This document shows, one piece after another, positions 1-14,290 of a stretch of DNA of 64,000 bases; the first letter of the stretch is position 1; the number at the start of each line of letters is the position of its first letter. The position numbers and the translations under genes are program-made. The notes beneath the pieces were generated by a model that was not told the origin of the DNA, ran no database searches, and was given only the letters and a program-made list of their open reading frames with translations. Source of the stretch: Phyllobates terribilis (lineage: Eukaryota); assembly GCF_046119375.1 (NCBI RefSeq), contig NW_027362769.1, forward strand, positions 234,298,001 to 234,362,000, given 5' to 3'.

Positions 1-737
1 AGGGACAGGTACAGTTAAGTTTGGGACTAGCCCAGAGCAGGAGGGGCTAAGCTGAAGGCAGAGAGACAGCTTCCTGGTGGTGAGTCACAAATGGCCCAGA
101 GTGCGTAATAAGAGGGCCTATGGTCTAGTGTGAGTAGTGCCACAGTCTGTTGGTGTTTCTTAGTCTTGAGAAGAGACAGAGAAGAAAGGATAGTATGATG
201 AGGAGCAGTAAAGAGGAAAAGTGACAGACAGAGTGAAATACCGAAGAAGGGTCCCGGGAGAGGACATCTACCAATAAGGCCTAGAATTTATAACTCCTGA
301 AGGTAACAGGCCAAGATAGGACTGAGTACGTGAGACTAATATATTGCCTCGGACAGTAGTTCCAGATTTTCAGCATTAGATAAGATAAGTACCGGCCATA
401 CTGGCACCATAGCTCCCCTAAGGTGAAAGAAGACACGAAACCGTGGCTTGAGTAAAGGACTCTTGCTAAGCTGAACTGTAGTGTTGAGCTAGGTTGTGGT
501 GAAGTAATGAAAAACAGTGTATACAGAGGACAAGTAAAAAGAGTAAAGAAGGAATTGAAACTGTGTGGAAAATAGCACTGAATTGCAAAGGAAGCATTCA
601 AAATGTTATGTACCCGCTATCTACTGTATATATTCCCTACCAAGTTTCGGTTCACTAAAAAGTTTATTTTTGAATTGTGGTGTCCCTCAGTAAACTGTCA
701 AACATCTGGTTTTGGCTAACCACCATCAAAGGTTACA
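1..737 (+). mobile_element. Possible 3' part of an unrelated LTR, cut by the window start
   Basis: Purine-rich, LTR-like composition ending in ...GGTTACA. The left end is not visible. Confidence 0.3.
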
Positions 738-2119
738 TGTGGCCTGCATAGGTGTTGCAACCTCACAGCACAAGTCCACACACCCAGCCAGGACCCCCAC
801 TTTCATGTAACGTACCGGGTCATATGAGATGAGTACCTCGCCCATTGCTACCACGTTACACTCTGATGACCCAGGTACTGACCACCACTGTACAAGGAAT
901 GACAATCCATAAGATGTCATATCTGCAGGACATTATGGAGTGGTCCACGTGACAATGCAAAATGACATTAGCCTGCTCTACGATGCTTCAGCGGTGTGGG
1001 AAATGGTGCGGGGCAATTTATTTTTTTGCGAATCGAATCTCAAAATGTTCGACTTTGGGTGAAACCATGAATTTTATGAAATTCGACTGGAACTCAATCA
1101 TCTGCAGATCGATCCACTCATCTCCAGTTGTGACTTCATGTGAGCTTGCGTAGATCCATCCTGAACCTCATAACCTCATCAGAGACAGATTTCCCGGCCT
1201 ACTTGAAGAGGCCAGAGATTCAGCTCTATCTTCAGCTCCATAAAATGAAATAGTGCTACATTCAATTCCTCCTGCCCACAGTCTTACAGTCAGGTAAAAG
1301 CTAGGGGGGAATGGGAGAGAGAAATGAGACCCAGAGGGGCTATATCAGTTGTCATCCATCTAGTAGAACGTTGATAGCTTTCTGAGCCCAGAAAACTTCT
1401 TTTATGATCCTAATATTTTTATGTCACAATTTAGCATTGTATTGGTTTCTAGAAACTCTATAAAGGATAATTCATATCAGTAAGCTTAATCTATTATATT
1501 CCTAATACATAAGAATGTGCACATTTTTCAGCATTGTGTCCTGCATACTAAACATAAAAATATCTTGACATTTTTACTCTAAACTGTGGATTAATAAAAC
1601 ATTTTTTATTGACGCTCCCAGTTATCCTGCTCACTTTAAATGAATTAAATGCTTTTCAATTAGTAGTTCCCAGGGGTAAGAATGTATTTGCTATTGTACT
1701 GTCAGAGCCAGGTAATTATCTATTGCACGAGTTGTGTGGATTAACATTACAAACAAGTACATTATTTTAATACCGTGTCTCATAGTCGTCACACTCACAG
1801 ATTGCTCGTCAATGCCCGCAACGATTCTAGAAAATAAATACAAACAGTGGCCAAATGTTAAATGCTGTCTATAAGGATCATTTACAAACATTGCTCGGAG
1901 GCAAAGATATGTTCATATTACAACTATGCATACACAGTATCTGTCTCTTCTCACTTTGAGATTTTCTTCCCCTTAATTTATATAGTACTAACTTATTCCA
2001 CACCATTATATAAATCTCAGATTATAGTTTATTTACTGGATACTGAACACTCCTTTGGGCCTCCTATTCATGTTGTACTCCTTATAAAAATATTGTCCAG
2101 GATTAGAAAAACAAAGGGT

Positions 2120-2460
2120 CATGGAAGTGATGATCTCAACATCATCATGTCTGTGTGGAATTACATGAAGAGGCAGAAGGATTTGCACAAGCGACATCCT
2201 CAGAAGATCTGTGGTTAGTTCTCCAAGATGTTTGGAATAACCTTCCTGCTAAGTTCCTTCAAAAAACTGTGTACAAGTGATAAGTGTACCTAAAAGAATT
2301 GATGCTTCAATGTTGTTCTGAAGGCAAAGGGGCCGTTACACCAATTAATGATGTGATTTAGATTTCTTTTTTGTTAATTGATAAAAATAAACTATTAATG
2401 CTTCTATTTATGAAAGCATTCTTAATTTGCAGCATTTTTTCCTCACCTGCATAGTACTGT
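2120..2460 (+). mobile_element. Tc1-like 3' fragment
   Basis: Translation SDDLNIIMSVWNYMKRQK resembles the SPDLNPIE..W motif of Tc1 transposases. The same family lies inverted at ~10690-10910 and ~11860-12050. Confidence 0.65.
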
Positions 2461-2849
2461 AAGAAACAATGCTATACGTAATTTACATCAATGTTCACAA
2501 TCGTTTGGTTCAAAAGAAAATTTACCTCCAAACACTGCAAATCCTACCATTGTTTTGAGATTGTTGTTACTGGCTATATCCTGTAGTTTATATTCATAAA
2601 GTCGAGCATGCGCAGATTAATTCTGGACATTCTGCGGGAAGCGCAGTTTTACAATATGTAGCATGTGCTGTGCATTTGCGTTATCCTGACAATATAGAGT
2701 GGACATGTATAGGGTGTATAGTCTTTTCTTATAACTCAACACAGAGTGCAAACAGCATCCACTGTGCTTTTTTTCTCCTATTCCTCACATATTCAGGAGT
2801 TCTAATCAGAAGTTTGACGATTAAAGCTTAGCAGATTGATCTGTGCAGG

Positions 2850-3692
2850 ATTGAGTTCAAGTTGAATTTCCTGAAATTTGTGGTTTCACGCAAATTCGAA
2901 CACTTTGAGATTCGGTTCACTGCTCACAAAAAATAAAAAACTTGCCCAGCACCATTTCCCACACTGCTGAAGCATCAGAGAGTGGGATAATGTCTTTTTG
3001 CATTGCCTGTGGACCTCTCAACAATGTCCTGAAACTATGACATTTTATGGATTTTCATACTTTGTACAGTGGTGGTCAGTACCTGGGTCATCTCAGATCA
3101 GCGGTTCCCAGTGGAGCACAGTTTGTACGACAAAGTCGTTTTCCATCTCCAGTGTCACTGGGTAAGTCTCCCTGTCCTGTGCAGCAGGGTCCGCACTCTA
3201 TCTCTTCTGTAGAGTATAAGCTCTTATAGTCAGTGAGGTCCCTTTTCTCTCTCTTGCTCACTGTAAGCTCTTATAGTCAGTGAGATCCTCTCTCTCTTCT
3301 ATAAAATATGAGCTCTTATTGGCCTCTCTCTCCTGTAAAGTGTAAGCTCTTATGATCAATGTGGTCCTCTCTCTTTCTCTCTTGTTGAGTGTAAGTTCTT
3401 TTGGTCAGTGGGGTTCTCTCGGTCTCTCATTTAGAATATGAACTTTTATGGTCAGCAGCGTCCTCTCTCTCTCATTTAGAGTATGAACTTTTATGGTCAG
3501 CAGGGTCCTCTCCCATAAAGTGTAAGCTCTTATGGTCAGCAGGGTTCTCTCTCTCTCTCCTATTCCCCACATGTCTTTTCTAAGCAATTACAAGCTTTCC
3601 AGTATTGAGATTTCAGCAAATGTATTGTGAATCAAATTATTTTGCTAAAAGTAGGCAAAGCCAGCGAATTTCAAATGATTCACTCATCTCTA
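2850..3692. mobile_element. hAT-like MITE with an internal ~40-bp minisatellite (copy 1)
   Basis: Ends attcactcatctcta and is homologous to 28885-29425. Left boundary approximate. Confidence 0.65.
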
Positions 3693-6629
3693 CAGCCGAT
3701 ATGTTTCTGCAATGCTGTGTATCTTTGGATGGTTCTACAAACTGCCAACAACAGCTCCTATCTTGTTCTTGTTATCTATATTGCTTTCACACGCCATTCT
3801 GTGCACATTACATTCTTTCTGGGGTGTAATATAACCTTTCAACACTTCATAAGACGATTGGAAATATTTTTTAAATAAATTTGTCATGGGTGCTCAATAT
3901 AAGTTCAGGGAATTAATGGGTGATGGAGTTTTATCCATGAGAGCAATAGTCACATGACAGACGGGTAGACAACCCATTTATGACTCTGCACAGAAAAAAG
4001 AGAATGGAGCTGCAAGGGTCAGAAAAAAAAGAAAGTGCAGTGGAAACCATGGACCATGCAGTAAGCATGCTCATTGAAGTTCATTAAAGAAGCATTCAGC
4101 AAATTTTTTTTTTCCTAATCCCTACTAAATATGTACCGGAGCATTAAAATACTTACCCATCACCGTCTTCCCTAGTTACAAGTGCGGCTCCTCTCTTCTT
4201 CTAGATCATGACTTGCTGGACCACACAGGGTTTTAGGTATGAACCGGAACTTGTTTTAATGGTGCAAACTTTTGGAGGCTTGTTTAACAGTCCTTGTATG
4301 AACCAAGAAAGATGACAAGGGCTTGCATGACCCAGACGAGGGCTCGCATGACGCAGAAGAGGAACGGAGCAACGCTGGAAACTGGGAAAGAAATCGATCA
4401 ATTAATATTTTATTCCACCGATGCTACATTACAGACACATTTAGAAGGGGTTAGGGAATAAAAAAAAATCTACCAGGAATGTTTATTCAAAGTGATGTTA
4501 ATTGAGGGGAAAAATGTGTGCTAGTAGGAAAACCTTTTTTTATGAGATTTTTAACATTTACTATCATATTTGGAGGGACTTAGATCAATAATTTTTAGTT
4601 TAGCTACCTGGAATGTGAAACACTTGGGGTTGCATACCCCTATATCTGAGCACAATGACAAGATGAGCATCAGTACCATGTATACATGTTTAAAGACTAT
4701 TAAAAAAACAGTTCAGCATAAGAGGGATATTGTAATTTGGGTCAACCTGTTTCATATTCATTGACCTAAATAAATACACTCACTGGCTGTTAGCATACAT
4801 ATACTGGATCTCTTCGGCGTAATTATTTTCAATTCATACATGAGATGCTTAATAATAGCATTTTCTTTTAAATGTTATCTTTGCGCATAGCAATAAAAGA
4901 AGTCCTATTTTACCCAAATTGTAGAGTCGTAAAATAAAAATGTTCCCGAAGGCATTCCCCGGCATTTGACGCAGATCGGGATTTTTGCATTATGACCTGA
5001 AGCTCTCTAATGTTCTGGAGCATAAATGATTTTCAGCACATGCTGTTTGTCGGTACAAATGATCATAATACTTGCTTAAGAAAATCGAGCCTTGGTAATT
5101 ATTACATTATACATTTACACTAAATGTATGGATTTAAATGATGATGCCATATGTTATAGTTATAGCTCATATCCATGTACAATCCCTCCAGCAAATGTTC
5201 TTGGCATGTTAATTCAAGAAACTACCCACTGTCAGATATCCAATCACCTATTGCTGTACACTTTGAGCTTAATTTATCATTAAGTTTGCATAATTTTTAA
5301 GAAATAGAAGAGTCACATTTATGGTGCATGTCATATTTGTGTTATAATTCGTAAATCTTCTCACTTCTTGAAACTTTTGAAAAGTAGTGTAAAAAGGGAA
5401 GGGGCTTTGCAGGAGGGGATGTGACCTGCAATGGCCCAATAAAGTTAGAAGGTTTAAGGCCAGATAATAAAGTTTAAATCTATTTATTTTCTGATTTTAA
5501 GACAGACCAAAATGCGCCATGTCTTTTAGGGGATATGTAGCTCGTTATAAACAGGGAAAATTTACTAAAATGAAATCTGTCAGTAGGATCAATGATCCTA
5601 AGTCATCTATTTGGTCATGTGGTTCATAGGAAGCTGAAAGTGATACTTTGATTTGTGCTGTCCGATGTCTTATTCCAGAGATATCCATGTTTTCTTAGAT
5701 TTGTTTGTTATGAGACAATGTTCAGTTCTACTGTTAGTTATAAGTCTCACAATCAGGGAGATCTATGTCCGGCCCATAGATCTTAACAGCTCATTTACAT
5801 ATAAGAAAAACGTGAATTTTCTTGGAATAAGAGATCGGATCGCAGATATCAAGGTATCATTTTATTCAGCTTCCAATGACCTACATGCCTGATGGTTTAG
5901 GAGGGTTGATGCTACTGAGAGATTCCTTTAAATGTGAATCAGGTTAAGACTCTGTTCACATGTCTGTTTGGGAGATCCTACTTTTGAAATTAGAAGCACA
6001 TCATGCCTCAGTTCAGACTATGGGTTATGGGTCAGCTTTAGCGTTAATCTTGTTTGCCTCTTCCAAAAATAGAATAGACAAACGGACTTACCAAATGGAC
6101 ATGTGGGCACACCTCAAGAGTCTATTTACACTGCAAGATTATCATGAAAAAGCATTTCTAGGAATGCTTGGTCACATTAAAGTGTAAACAGGCTGCCGAT
6201 CATGCGTTCAATGGGTTAAATGCTTGTTTTGAGGAGGCAAATGATCTTTTGTGCTGCACAAAAGATCATCGTTTTCGGCAGCACATTGTGCTGTTTATGC
6301 TGTTTAAACAGGACCTGCACTACCAAAGACAATGGCAGCCTGTGCGCACTGCACAATCTATTACATATTGTTTAGTGTGCATCACTAAGCGCTGTCTGCC
6401 TGTGTATACAGGCTTATAAAAGACCGCGGACCAGCAAACAAGTTGCTGATTGGCGTTACTTTAATGCCTCCATTTCCTACATGTAAGCAAACCTTAAGAC
6501 TGGTGTGTATATATAGTAAATGCGAATTTTAATAATTCTGTTTAACTCCACTTAATTACCGTCACCAGGTTACTCAGTTCATTTATAGCTATGTCATCAT
6601 CCACTTACATAATTTATTTGACAAATTAA

Positions 6630-7271
6630 AGGGGTTGTCCATTATTTGGACAACCCCTTCTCAATCCATAAGTTTCCCCCTTTTAAAGTAATAACACTAA
6701 GGCCACGGCCCCACTATCAGTATTCGGTAAGCATTTTTTCTCAGGAGTGGGAGCCAAAATCAGGAGTGGGTGATAAATGCAGAATTGGTGACCTGTTTCT
6801 ATTATACCTTTTCTCTGATTGTTCTTCACCTGGTTTTGGCTCCCACTCCTGAAATAAATACTGACCGAATACTGACCAAATCAAATGCTGATAATAGGAC
6901 CATGGATTTATACTCACCTCAGGTGCTAGTGCCATTCCAGTGCTGTCGGCACAATCTCTCCAAACAATCGTGTAACAGTGTAACGCCAATAGGCGGCCGT
7001 TTCATTCTCCCCACCTTTGGACAAATCACTTGCATTAAGAAGAAGTGAGCGCTGCAGCTTTCTCTTTTCATCTGGATACATGTCATACATTCGAAGGGGG
7101 GGAGAATGAAGCAGCTGCTAATTGACCGCAAGGCTCACTTGACGTCACAATGATAACCAGGAGAGGTTGTGCCAACACTGCAGGAATGGCACCGACACTG
7201 GAGGTGTTATTATTTTAGAAGAGGGAAACAAAGGAACTGAGAAGCGGTTGTCTGAGTAATGGACAACCTCT
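6630..7271. mobile_element. T2/Kolobok-type MITE with a nested Harbinger MITE
   Basis: TTAA|AGGGGTTGTCC ... GGACAACCTCT|TTAA. Confidence 0.75.
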
Positions 7272-7560
7272 TTAAGTTATAATCATAACCGTAATGTAGG
7301 CAAATTACCTTCTAGTCATCTAGACCACTGGTGGACACAGACAAAAAAAGGCCCCTGTACAAGAACATTACATGGGCCCTTTGCAGTTCAAAAGCTCCTC
7401 ATAATGTACAATTCCACCTGTTTTGGAAAAGGAAATGGGCCCCCTTACCTCTTGGGCACTGTGCAGCTGCACAGGTTGCACCAATGATATGTTCACCTTT
7501 GATCTAGACAGTTCTGATCCTGTGACTGGTCAGGCTGCCCTGGGCTCTAATCATGCCTAC

Positions 7561-7871
7561 TAGTGTTGAGCGAGCGTGCTCATTTAACCCTTTAAATGAG
7601 CATGCTTGGGTGCTCGTCTAGTAGTTTCGGCATGCTCGGAATCTCTGTTTGAACCGCTGCAGCTGCATGTGTCGCGGCTGTTAGACAGCTGTGACACATG
7701 CAGGGATTGCCTAACAAACAGGCAATCCCTGCATATGTCACAGCTGTCTCACAGCCGCAACACATGCAGCTGCGGTGGCTCAAACAGAGATGTCGAGCAT
7801 GCCAAAACTACTCAGTGAGCACCCGAACATTCTTGTTTAAAGGGTTAAACAAGCTTGTTCGCTCAACACTA
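7561..7871. mobile_element. Palindromic hAT-like MITE related to 36845-37152
   Basis: Ends TAGTGTTGAGCG...CGCTCAACACTA and a shared central gggattgcct...aggcaatccc hairpin. Confidence 0.8.
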
Positions 7872-10689
7872 AAGCCACCTGTAAGATAATTGACATCCCA
7901 AAGAGTGTCCCATGTCACAGAGTAACTCATAAAACTCATGCTCTGTTGATTCCTGCTTTCTAGGTAAAATCTCCTTCACTGAAGCTTGCAGCACACTATG
8001 TGCAAATGAAGCTGGACAGAGATCTGTAAATTCAACTTTACAGTGCATTCCAATAGTGCATGGAAAGTGCTTCAAGAGGATTCTGGGACAATGGACTCTT
8101 TGAGACATCGATCCCAACTTTTTTTAAACCATTCTGAACTCCTTGAAAAATCTTTTATGTCCACTTTTATATAAAATAATAGACAATTAAAATGGTTTAC
8201 CAGCTGTACTGAAATGGTTTAATATTTTTTTTCTAAAATAATATGGTCAATGGTACATAGAATATGATAGAAATTAACTTTATCATAGAAATGGTAAAGC
8301 ATTGTTGGTTGCTAAATTTAACTTAATGTGATTACTTTAGGAAAAATAATGAAGTCGAAGCACTTGTTATATTTATCCACTAGACTTGACAAAATTTGAC
8401 ACAGGAAGACATGAAAGGAGTCCCTTTCATGTGAACTAACTACCATAGACAAGCATTTTACTAAATACCTTGCTTTCCCAAATCCTACTTTAACCTGAAC
8501 TAATCATATGATCTCTGACCGATAACCCTTTGACTGCCTGTGATATCATGTCAAAATGTCCCTGAGATCCTGACCCTGGAAACTGACAGGTGGGTGTGGC
8601 TTTCTGTTTGGGTAGGTGGAGCTCTGTTCAGCAGAGCTCACACTGCTCCCCTGCATGTTCCTGCAAACACAGCTCTGCCTACAGATACATCACTCCATGC
8701 AGACACAGCTCTCCCTGCAAACATAGCTCTCCCTTGTATCTGTATGTATAAAGAAGAGTGTGTATATACAGTCTATGCACACAAACTGATCTACACCCTT
8801 TGTAATGTATGTGCACTCTGCTCTCTCTTTAATATGAATACATTCATATCTCTCTCCCCACCATCCATCAGTCAGTGATGGGAAGTAGGTGATAATCTTT
8901 TTAAATAGGGCTGGTTATGTCTATTCACTCTAACAGTGTCCTGTACAGGAGATCATGCTGATGCAGTGTGTGGACTGTGCTCACTGCTGGCTTGCAGCCT
9001 AGCACAAAGGCTGATGAGAAATGTAGTAAGAAGGGAGCAAAAGAATCTGAAGAGGAAGTAATGGCATTGACAGCAGAGTTGATGCCAGGGAACAGCAAGC
9101 AAAGCAGAAAGCTATAAAGCAACATGAAAAGGCAGAAAAAGAATATGAGGGTTATTTAGGGGCATTATTCTTAAGCATTACGGAAAAAACAGAAGCTGAA
9201 TTAGAGTAATGAACAACCTCTTTAATAATTTCTTACCAATCCCTTTCTTGTCTGAAGGGATGGGTCTTCACAGAGGGCTGGAGCTGTGTCTTCTATGGAA
9301 GGCATTAAGTAAAATAGTTTTTTTTTTTTACCAAATTAGACTTACATTCTCTGTTCGTTAATTAAATAGACTCAATTGCTTCACAAAACTTCTGGAGCAC
9401 TCTCTAAATCCAGATTTATTATATTGCGCTCCAGTCACCCAGGTTTACTATAGTGTTGGAAGACTGAAAAAAATGATCAGTAATGGCAGAACTTATGGTT
9501 ATTAAGAAGCCTTTTAAGTCTCAGTACCAATACTTATAAATATCTGGTTACTGCATCCATGAAAGTTGGCAAGTGTGACCTAATGAATGTAAACATTGGG
9601 TTGCTAATAGTACCTTGTATGGGATGCTTATTCATACATACATACATAGGACCAGTATTGTTTTTCATTTTTTGCTGTTTCCACTCAGTTAAGATTCCCT
9701 CATGGTACTCGGCTCAAAAAAAGAATAATTTCAACTTCCAAATTAGGTGACATTTATTGAATATATCTGGCCAACATTAATAAATTTGTCTTCTTGTAAA
9801 GTGAAGGTAAGAGACTTTGCCAGCATGTTGGGACCTACAGTGACCATTGAACGCCCAAGTCTCTTTTGCAAGGCTCATATTTTAATTAATATAAGGGAGA
9901 CTTTAATCAACTTACGGCACTAATGGTACTATCCAACATGCTGGCAATGTCTCAGACTTGTCACTTCTAGCATAGGCAGCAGTTGCAACATCAGAGAAAT
10001 TATAGTGACCTTACAATTTTTCAGCACTTACTCTGCAAAAATTGACAAATTAACTAAAATGAGAATATGGTAATAGAATAGGTTAAACGTTAAACATAAA
10101 TATGAATGTCTTATCTTATGCAAGCTCAGCTGTATAAAGGTGTCCTTGGGTTCTAGATGCCATTGCCAGTAAAAAGATATGTGTGGAGTAGAGATGAGTG
10201 GATCCGATAAGAGTCAAATTCACCAAATCACATGTATTTTACTGGGAAATTCGATTTGCAGCAAAATTATTCTCAGCAAAATGAATGTCAGTTATTATAC
10301 TCAGGTGTCTAGAGAGGACCTTAAAGGGAGGACATGCAGCAGCGGTGGCGTAAGAGATATTATTTTTATAACCAGCTCTTCGGCAAAATGGTGGCCAGAG
10401 CAAACTATAAAAAATCTGCAGTCTGGAGAATTTTATAAAATTTGAGTAGAATTCAATTCCACTTGAATAAATTCATCCAATTTTAATGTGGAGCATAGGT
10501 AATGTAATGTGTATGTTCAACGTAATGATGGCACTAAAAGATTGAATGCTTTAACAAAGTTCAAGAAATGCTAATATTTTAGACAGGTATAGAAAAATTA
10601 CTGCAAAGTAAGAATGCTTAAAAATTTTAGTTTATTTTTTTATCAAGTAACAAGTGAATAAAATAGAAATTTAAACAAAATCATTATTT

Positions 10690-12050
10690 AGTGTGACCAC
10701 CCTAAATAAGGTACATTTGCACACAGTTTTTAAAGGAACTTGGCAGGGAGGTTGTTTCTAACATCTTTGGGAACTAACCACAGATCTTCTGTGGATGTCA
10801 CTTGTACAAAACCTTTTATTTCTTTATGTAATTCTAAACAGACTGGATGATGATGAGATCAGGGCTCTGTGGGGGCCATATCATCACTCCCAGGACTCCT
10901 TGTTCTTTTTTACACTTAAGATGTGGAATATGTTTACACTTTCGAAATTAAATTATTATTAAGATAAATAACCAAGTGGGGAGAACCCCATATTAATCCC
11001 TCTCTAGCAAGGAATAAAACATTACCTTTAATGCAATATTTAAAATTACAGGGTAAAATTACATGTATACGTTTTGTCCCTAATCTGAAAAAAAAGGCCA
11101 TCAACATCTGATTGGTGTTGGTGGGAAACCCAGCACACCCGTCGATCAACTGTTACTGGCGCCCACTGGAAGTTCTTGGATGCTGCCGGTACACAGCAGT
11201 TCTGTTATTTCTATTGTGGCAACGGCCGGGTACTGCAGATCCACAGCCTATACAAATGCAAATGAGGAGGACATGGAGTACCCAGCCATGTGCACTATAG
11301 TTTTAACAGAGCTGCTGTGTTTTGACAGCATCAGAGAACTTCCATCTGTTGCCGGTAACAGCTAATCAGCAGGGGTGCCAGATGTCGCACCAACACCGAT
11401 AAGATATTGATGGCTTATCTTTAGGACAGGCCAGCAATAAAAAAAAATTGTACCCAACCTCTTTAAACAAAACATTTGCAAATCTATGGAGAGAAATAAC
11501 ATACCTTGTAATGTCATCAGCTTAATTTTGCATTCTTGATATAGAAGATCTCCTTTGTAAATCAGAAGGTGTCCACTTTAGACGAACCTTTACACATATT
11601 ACTGAAAAACACAACTTTTTTTCATTCTCCAAGTAGATTTACAAGACACCTGGAAACAGTTCATGCAGAAATGAGCATAAGCATTCAAAGCCATATACAA
11701 TACTGTGCAAAAGTTTTAGGCAGGGGGTGCTAAAAATGCTGCAAAGTAATTATGCTTTCAAAAATAGTACAGTTAATGGTTTATTTATTATTAATTAGCA
11801 AACTGCAATGTGAATGAACAAAAGAGAAATATAGATCAAATTAATCTTTGGGGTGACCTTCCTTTGGCTTCAAAACAACATCAAAGCATCAAACTTGCGC
11901 ACAATGTTTTTTAACAGAACTCAGCAGAGAGATTGTTCCAAACATCTTGGTGAACTAACCACAGGTCTTCTGTGCATGTCACTTGTGCAAATCCTTCTAT
12001 TTCTTTATGTCATCCTAGACAGACTGGATGGTGTTGAGATCAGGGCTCTA
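10690..12050 (-). mobile_element. Tc1-like remnants (two similar segments) with an intervening MITE
   Basis: The segment gaactaaccacag.tcttctgtg.atgtcacttgt...gagatcagggctct occurs twice. A TIR-like tactgtgcaaaagttttaggca lies at ~11701. Confidence 0.55.
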
Positions 12051-13399
12051 CAATAATAAAGTAGTGGCCAACCCCTTTAAGCAAATGAAAGAGGTTCCTT
12101 TCTTATTGCAATGGCAAAAAGGAATATCTGTATTTTGTGATAGAAAGAAAAAGTAACAATATCATCATTTTAATTTATAATTAACAGCCAAAAATGTCTC
12201 AGAATTAGATATTCCTTGTTAACTCTATGACAGCATGGTCTAATTTGGTGCTTAAAGGCTAAGAAAACTTTTAAACAATTTTGATATGTTTAAGTCTGAC
12301 AATGTTCTTGCCACACATTAATATGTAACCAGGCATAAAGGGGTTAAGAAGAGCTTTTAATGAATTACCAGATTCCGCAGTCTGTAGAAATGCACAGCTG
12401 TGTGATAAAATCCCAGGTCTAAGGCTTCCTGGTGCTTTTCACTACATGGTTCTTTTCATCTTTCTCCACCTTTATCTGTCTTCGGTGGTACATCTTTCAA
12501 AATCATTTTCCTTCGCCCTTAGGGGTAAACTAAAGGTATAAAAAAAGATATTTAGAATCATTACAAAATTGCACCAACACTAGTTTTATTATAGCGTTTA
12601 AATATTACAAAGTCATAAAATCTTGCTAGTTCATAAAAAAAACTGTACAAGAAACAGCAGGAGAAAGATCAAACTGGAGGATTTAGGAACGATAATCCGA
12701 AAACAAAATGTTACATTTGATCTTTGATCATTCATTTTAAACTCTAGATATTTGTGGGTTTTTGTTTTTTCTCTTAGTTGTTTTCCTACGGTGTTGAAAA
12801 ATAATTGAAATATTGTATTGTGGCCTACAATATAAAAAAAATTCCCTTAGGATTGAGAATGCATAGAGTTTCCATTCTGGAGATGATATTTTATTGTTCT
12901 CCATTGTTGTTTCTAATGACTTTATACTTTCTCATTGGGAAGATAACTCTGGCAGACTGAAAATTAAAACACTTATTTTCTTGTCTTAGGAAAAAAAAAA
13001 CAATACAATGAGCAGTTAGCATAGTAATAGATCTGTAAGAATGAAATAGAAATGAGAACAAGAGGATGTCCCAAATGAATTACACTAACTATGATTCATA
13101 TATACTCATATAGCGCAAATCACATAAGTAAAGGAAAATTTTATTTATTTTTTTGTTTTAGAATTTTTATATACCAGTATGCCTCTGATTTTACAATGGT
13201 AAAAGAAAACAAGCAAATTTACCTTTTGGATACTGTGACAAAATACAAATTAATAAGTAGAGTCAAAAAGATTTACGGATTGCTGCATCTCAGCTTAAGC
13301 AATAAAAGCAATAATTTCGAAAATATTACCATGTTTTTCAGTTATATTCATCAATGCTAAATGCATTTTTTTATGACTTCTGAGTATATAAATTTGTAA

Positions 13400-13735
13400 A
13401 TAAGTAGAAAGATAGGGGCGCAATAGCGCTGTTATCCAACAACAACCAAGTAGGTAAAAAGAAAATGTGCTCACCTTTATGAGTTGTGTAATGCACAACT
13501 CATGTAAGAATTAGTAACGAAGGGCTGCAGCCAGCACAGAATCCCTAGGGGTCTTGTAGGTAGTCTGTAGTAGGATGAAGTAGGTGCCGGAAAAAAAAAA
13601 ATCCGCGCTCCTCCGTAGTGAAGAAATTTGACGAGAGATTGTATAATTAAACAATCTTGTAGTTTATTGTTAAAAGCTACGATTACTACGCGTTTCGTGG
13701 ACGTCCCGTCCACTTCCTCAGGTACATAGCTATAC
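13400..13735. mobile_element. Penelope-like terminal fragment containing the hammerhead
   Basis: Hammerhead plus poly(A) signal arrangement typical of PLE pseudo-LTRs. Boundaries are approximate. Confidence 0.45.
13675..13731 (-). ncRNA. Minimal type-I hammerhead ribozyme motif (Penelope-like)
   Basis: Minus strand reads agctatgtac-CTGAGGA-A-gtggac(gggac)gtccac-GAAA-CGC-GTA-gtaatcgtagct. It has the core, a 6-bp stem II, a palindromic ACGCGT stem III, a pairable stem I, and AATAAA just downstream (plus-strand 13663-13668). Confidence 0.8.
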
Positions 13736-14009
13736 ATAGAGTACCTTTAGTATTATACCTTAATGTGATTTCCCATTTTGTTTTATTGTACAAAATTCAG
13801 TGCAAATTATTTCCTAATATTAATAAGAATAGTGCTATTAATAATTGGGAAACATTTAAAGGGTTGGAGATTTAGAATTTGCTGCACAAATACATTTAAT
13901 TGAGTTTAGTCAAGGTCATATATGGTGCACTCTTCTCTACTTTGTAGTAACTACAAATACCCAGCGTTTTATCATTCAACTCAGGTGGTCTATAATGTGT
14001 GGCTCTCCA

Positions 14010-14290
14010 TCCGTTCCTCCAATACTGAGAAATCAGAGTTTGAATTTATATGTAAATAAGGCTGTAGATCTGAAGCCTCTGTCACTTCAGCTCTATTCCC
14101 CACCCAGTGTCGCCTCCTCCTGCTTGACTGACAGTCTCTGTGCTTTGTGATGTCAGATAAAGGAGTCGTTAGTCAAGCAGAAAAAGATACCACTGTGCGG
14201 AAAAAAGAGCTGGAGTGACAGAGGCTTCAGATCTACAGCCTCACTTGCATTTCAATTCAAACATTGATTTTTCAGTATTGGACGAACGGA
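14010..14290. repeat. Long palindromic MITE-like hairpin
   Basis: Arms aggctgtagatctgaagcctctgtcact / agtgacagaggcttcagatctacagcct. Confidence 0.75.

Noticed and set aside
3200-3560. Regularly spaced repeats superficially like a CRISPR array
   Set aside because: Eukaryotic context, degenerate tandem units without unique spacers, and no cas genes.
12369-12529. AG/GT-bounded 161-nt minus-strand segment
   Set aside because: Stops in all three frames. It could be a non-coding exon, but there is no support.
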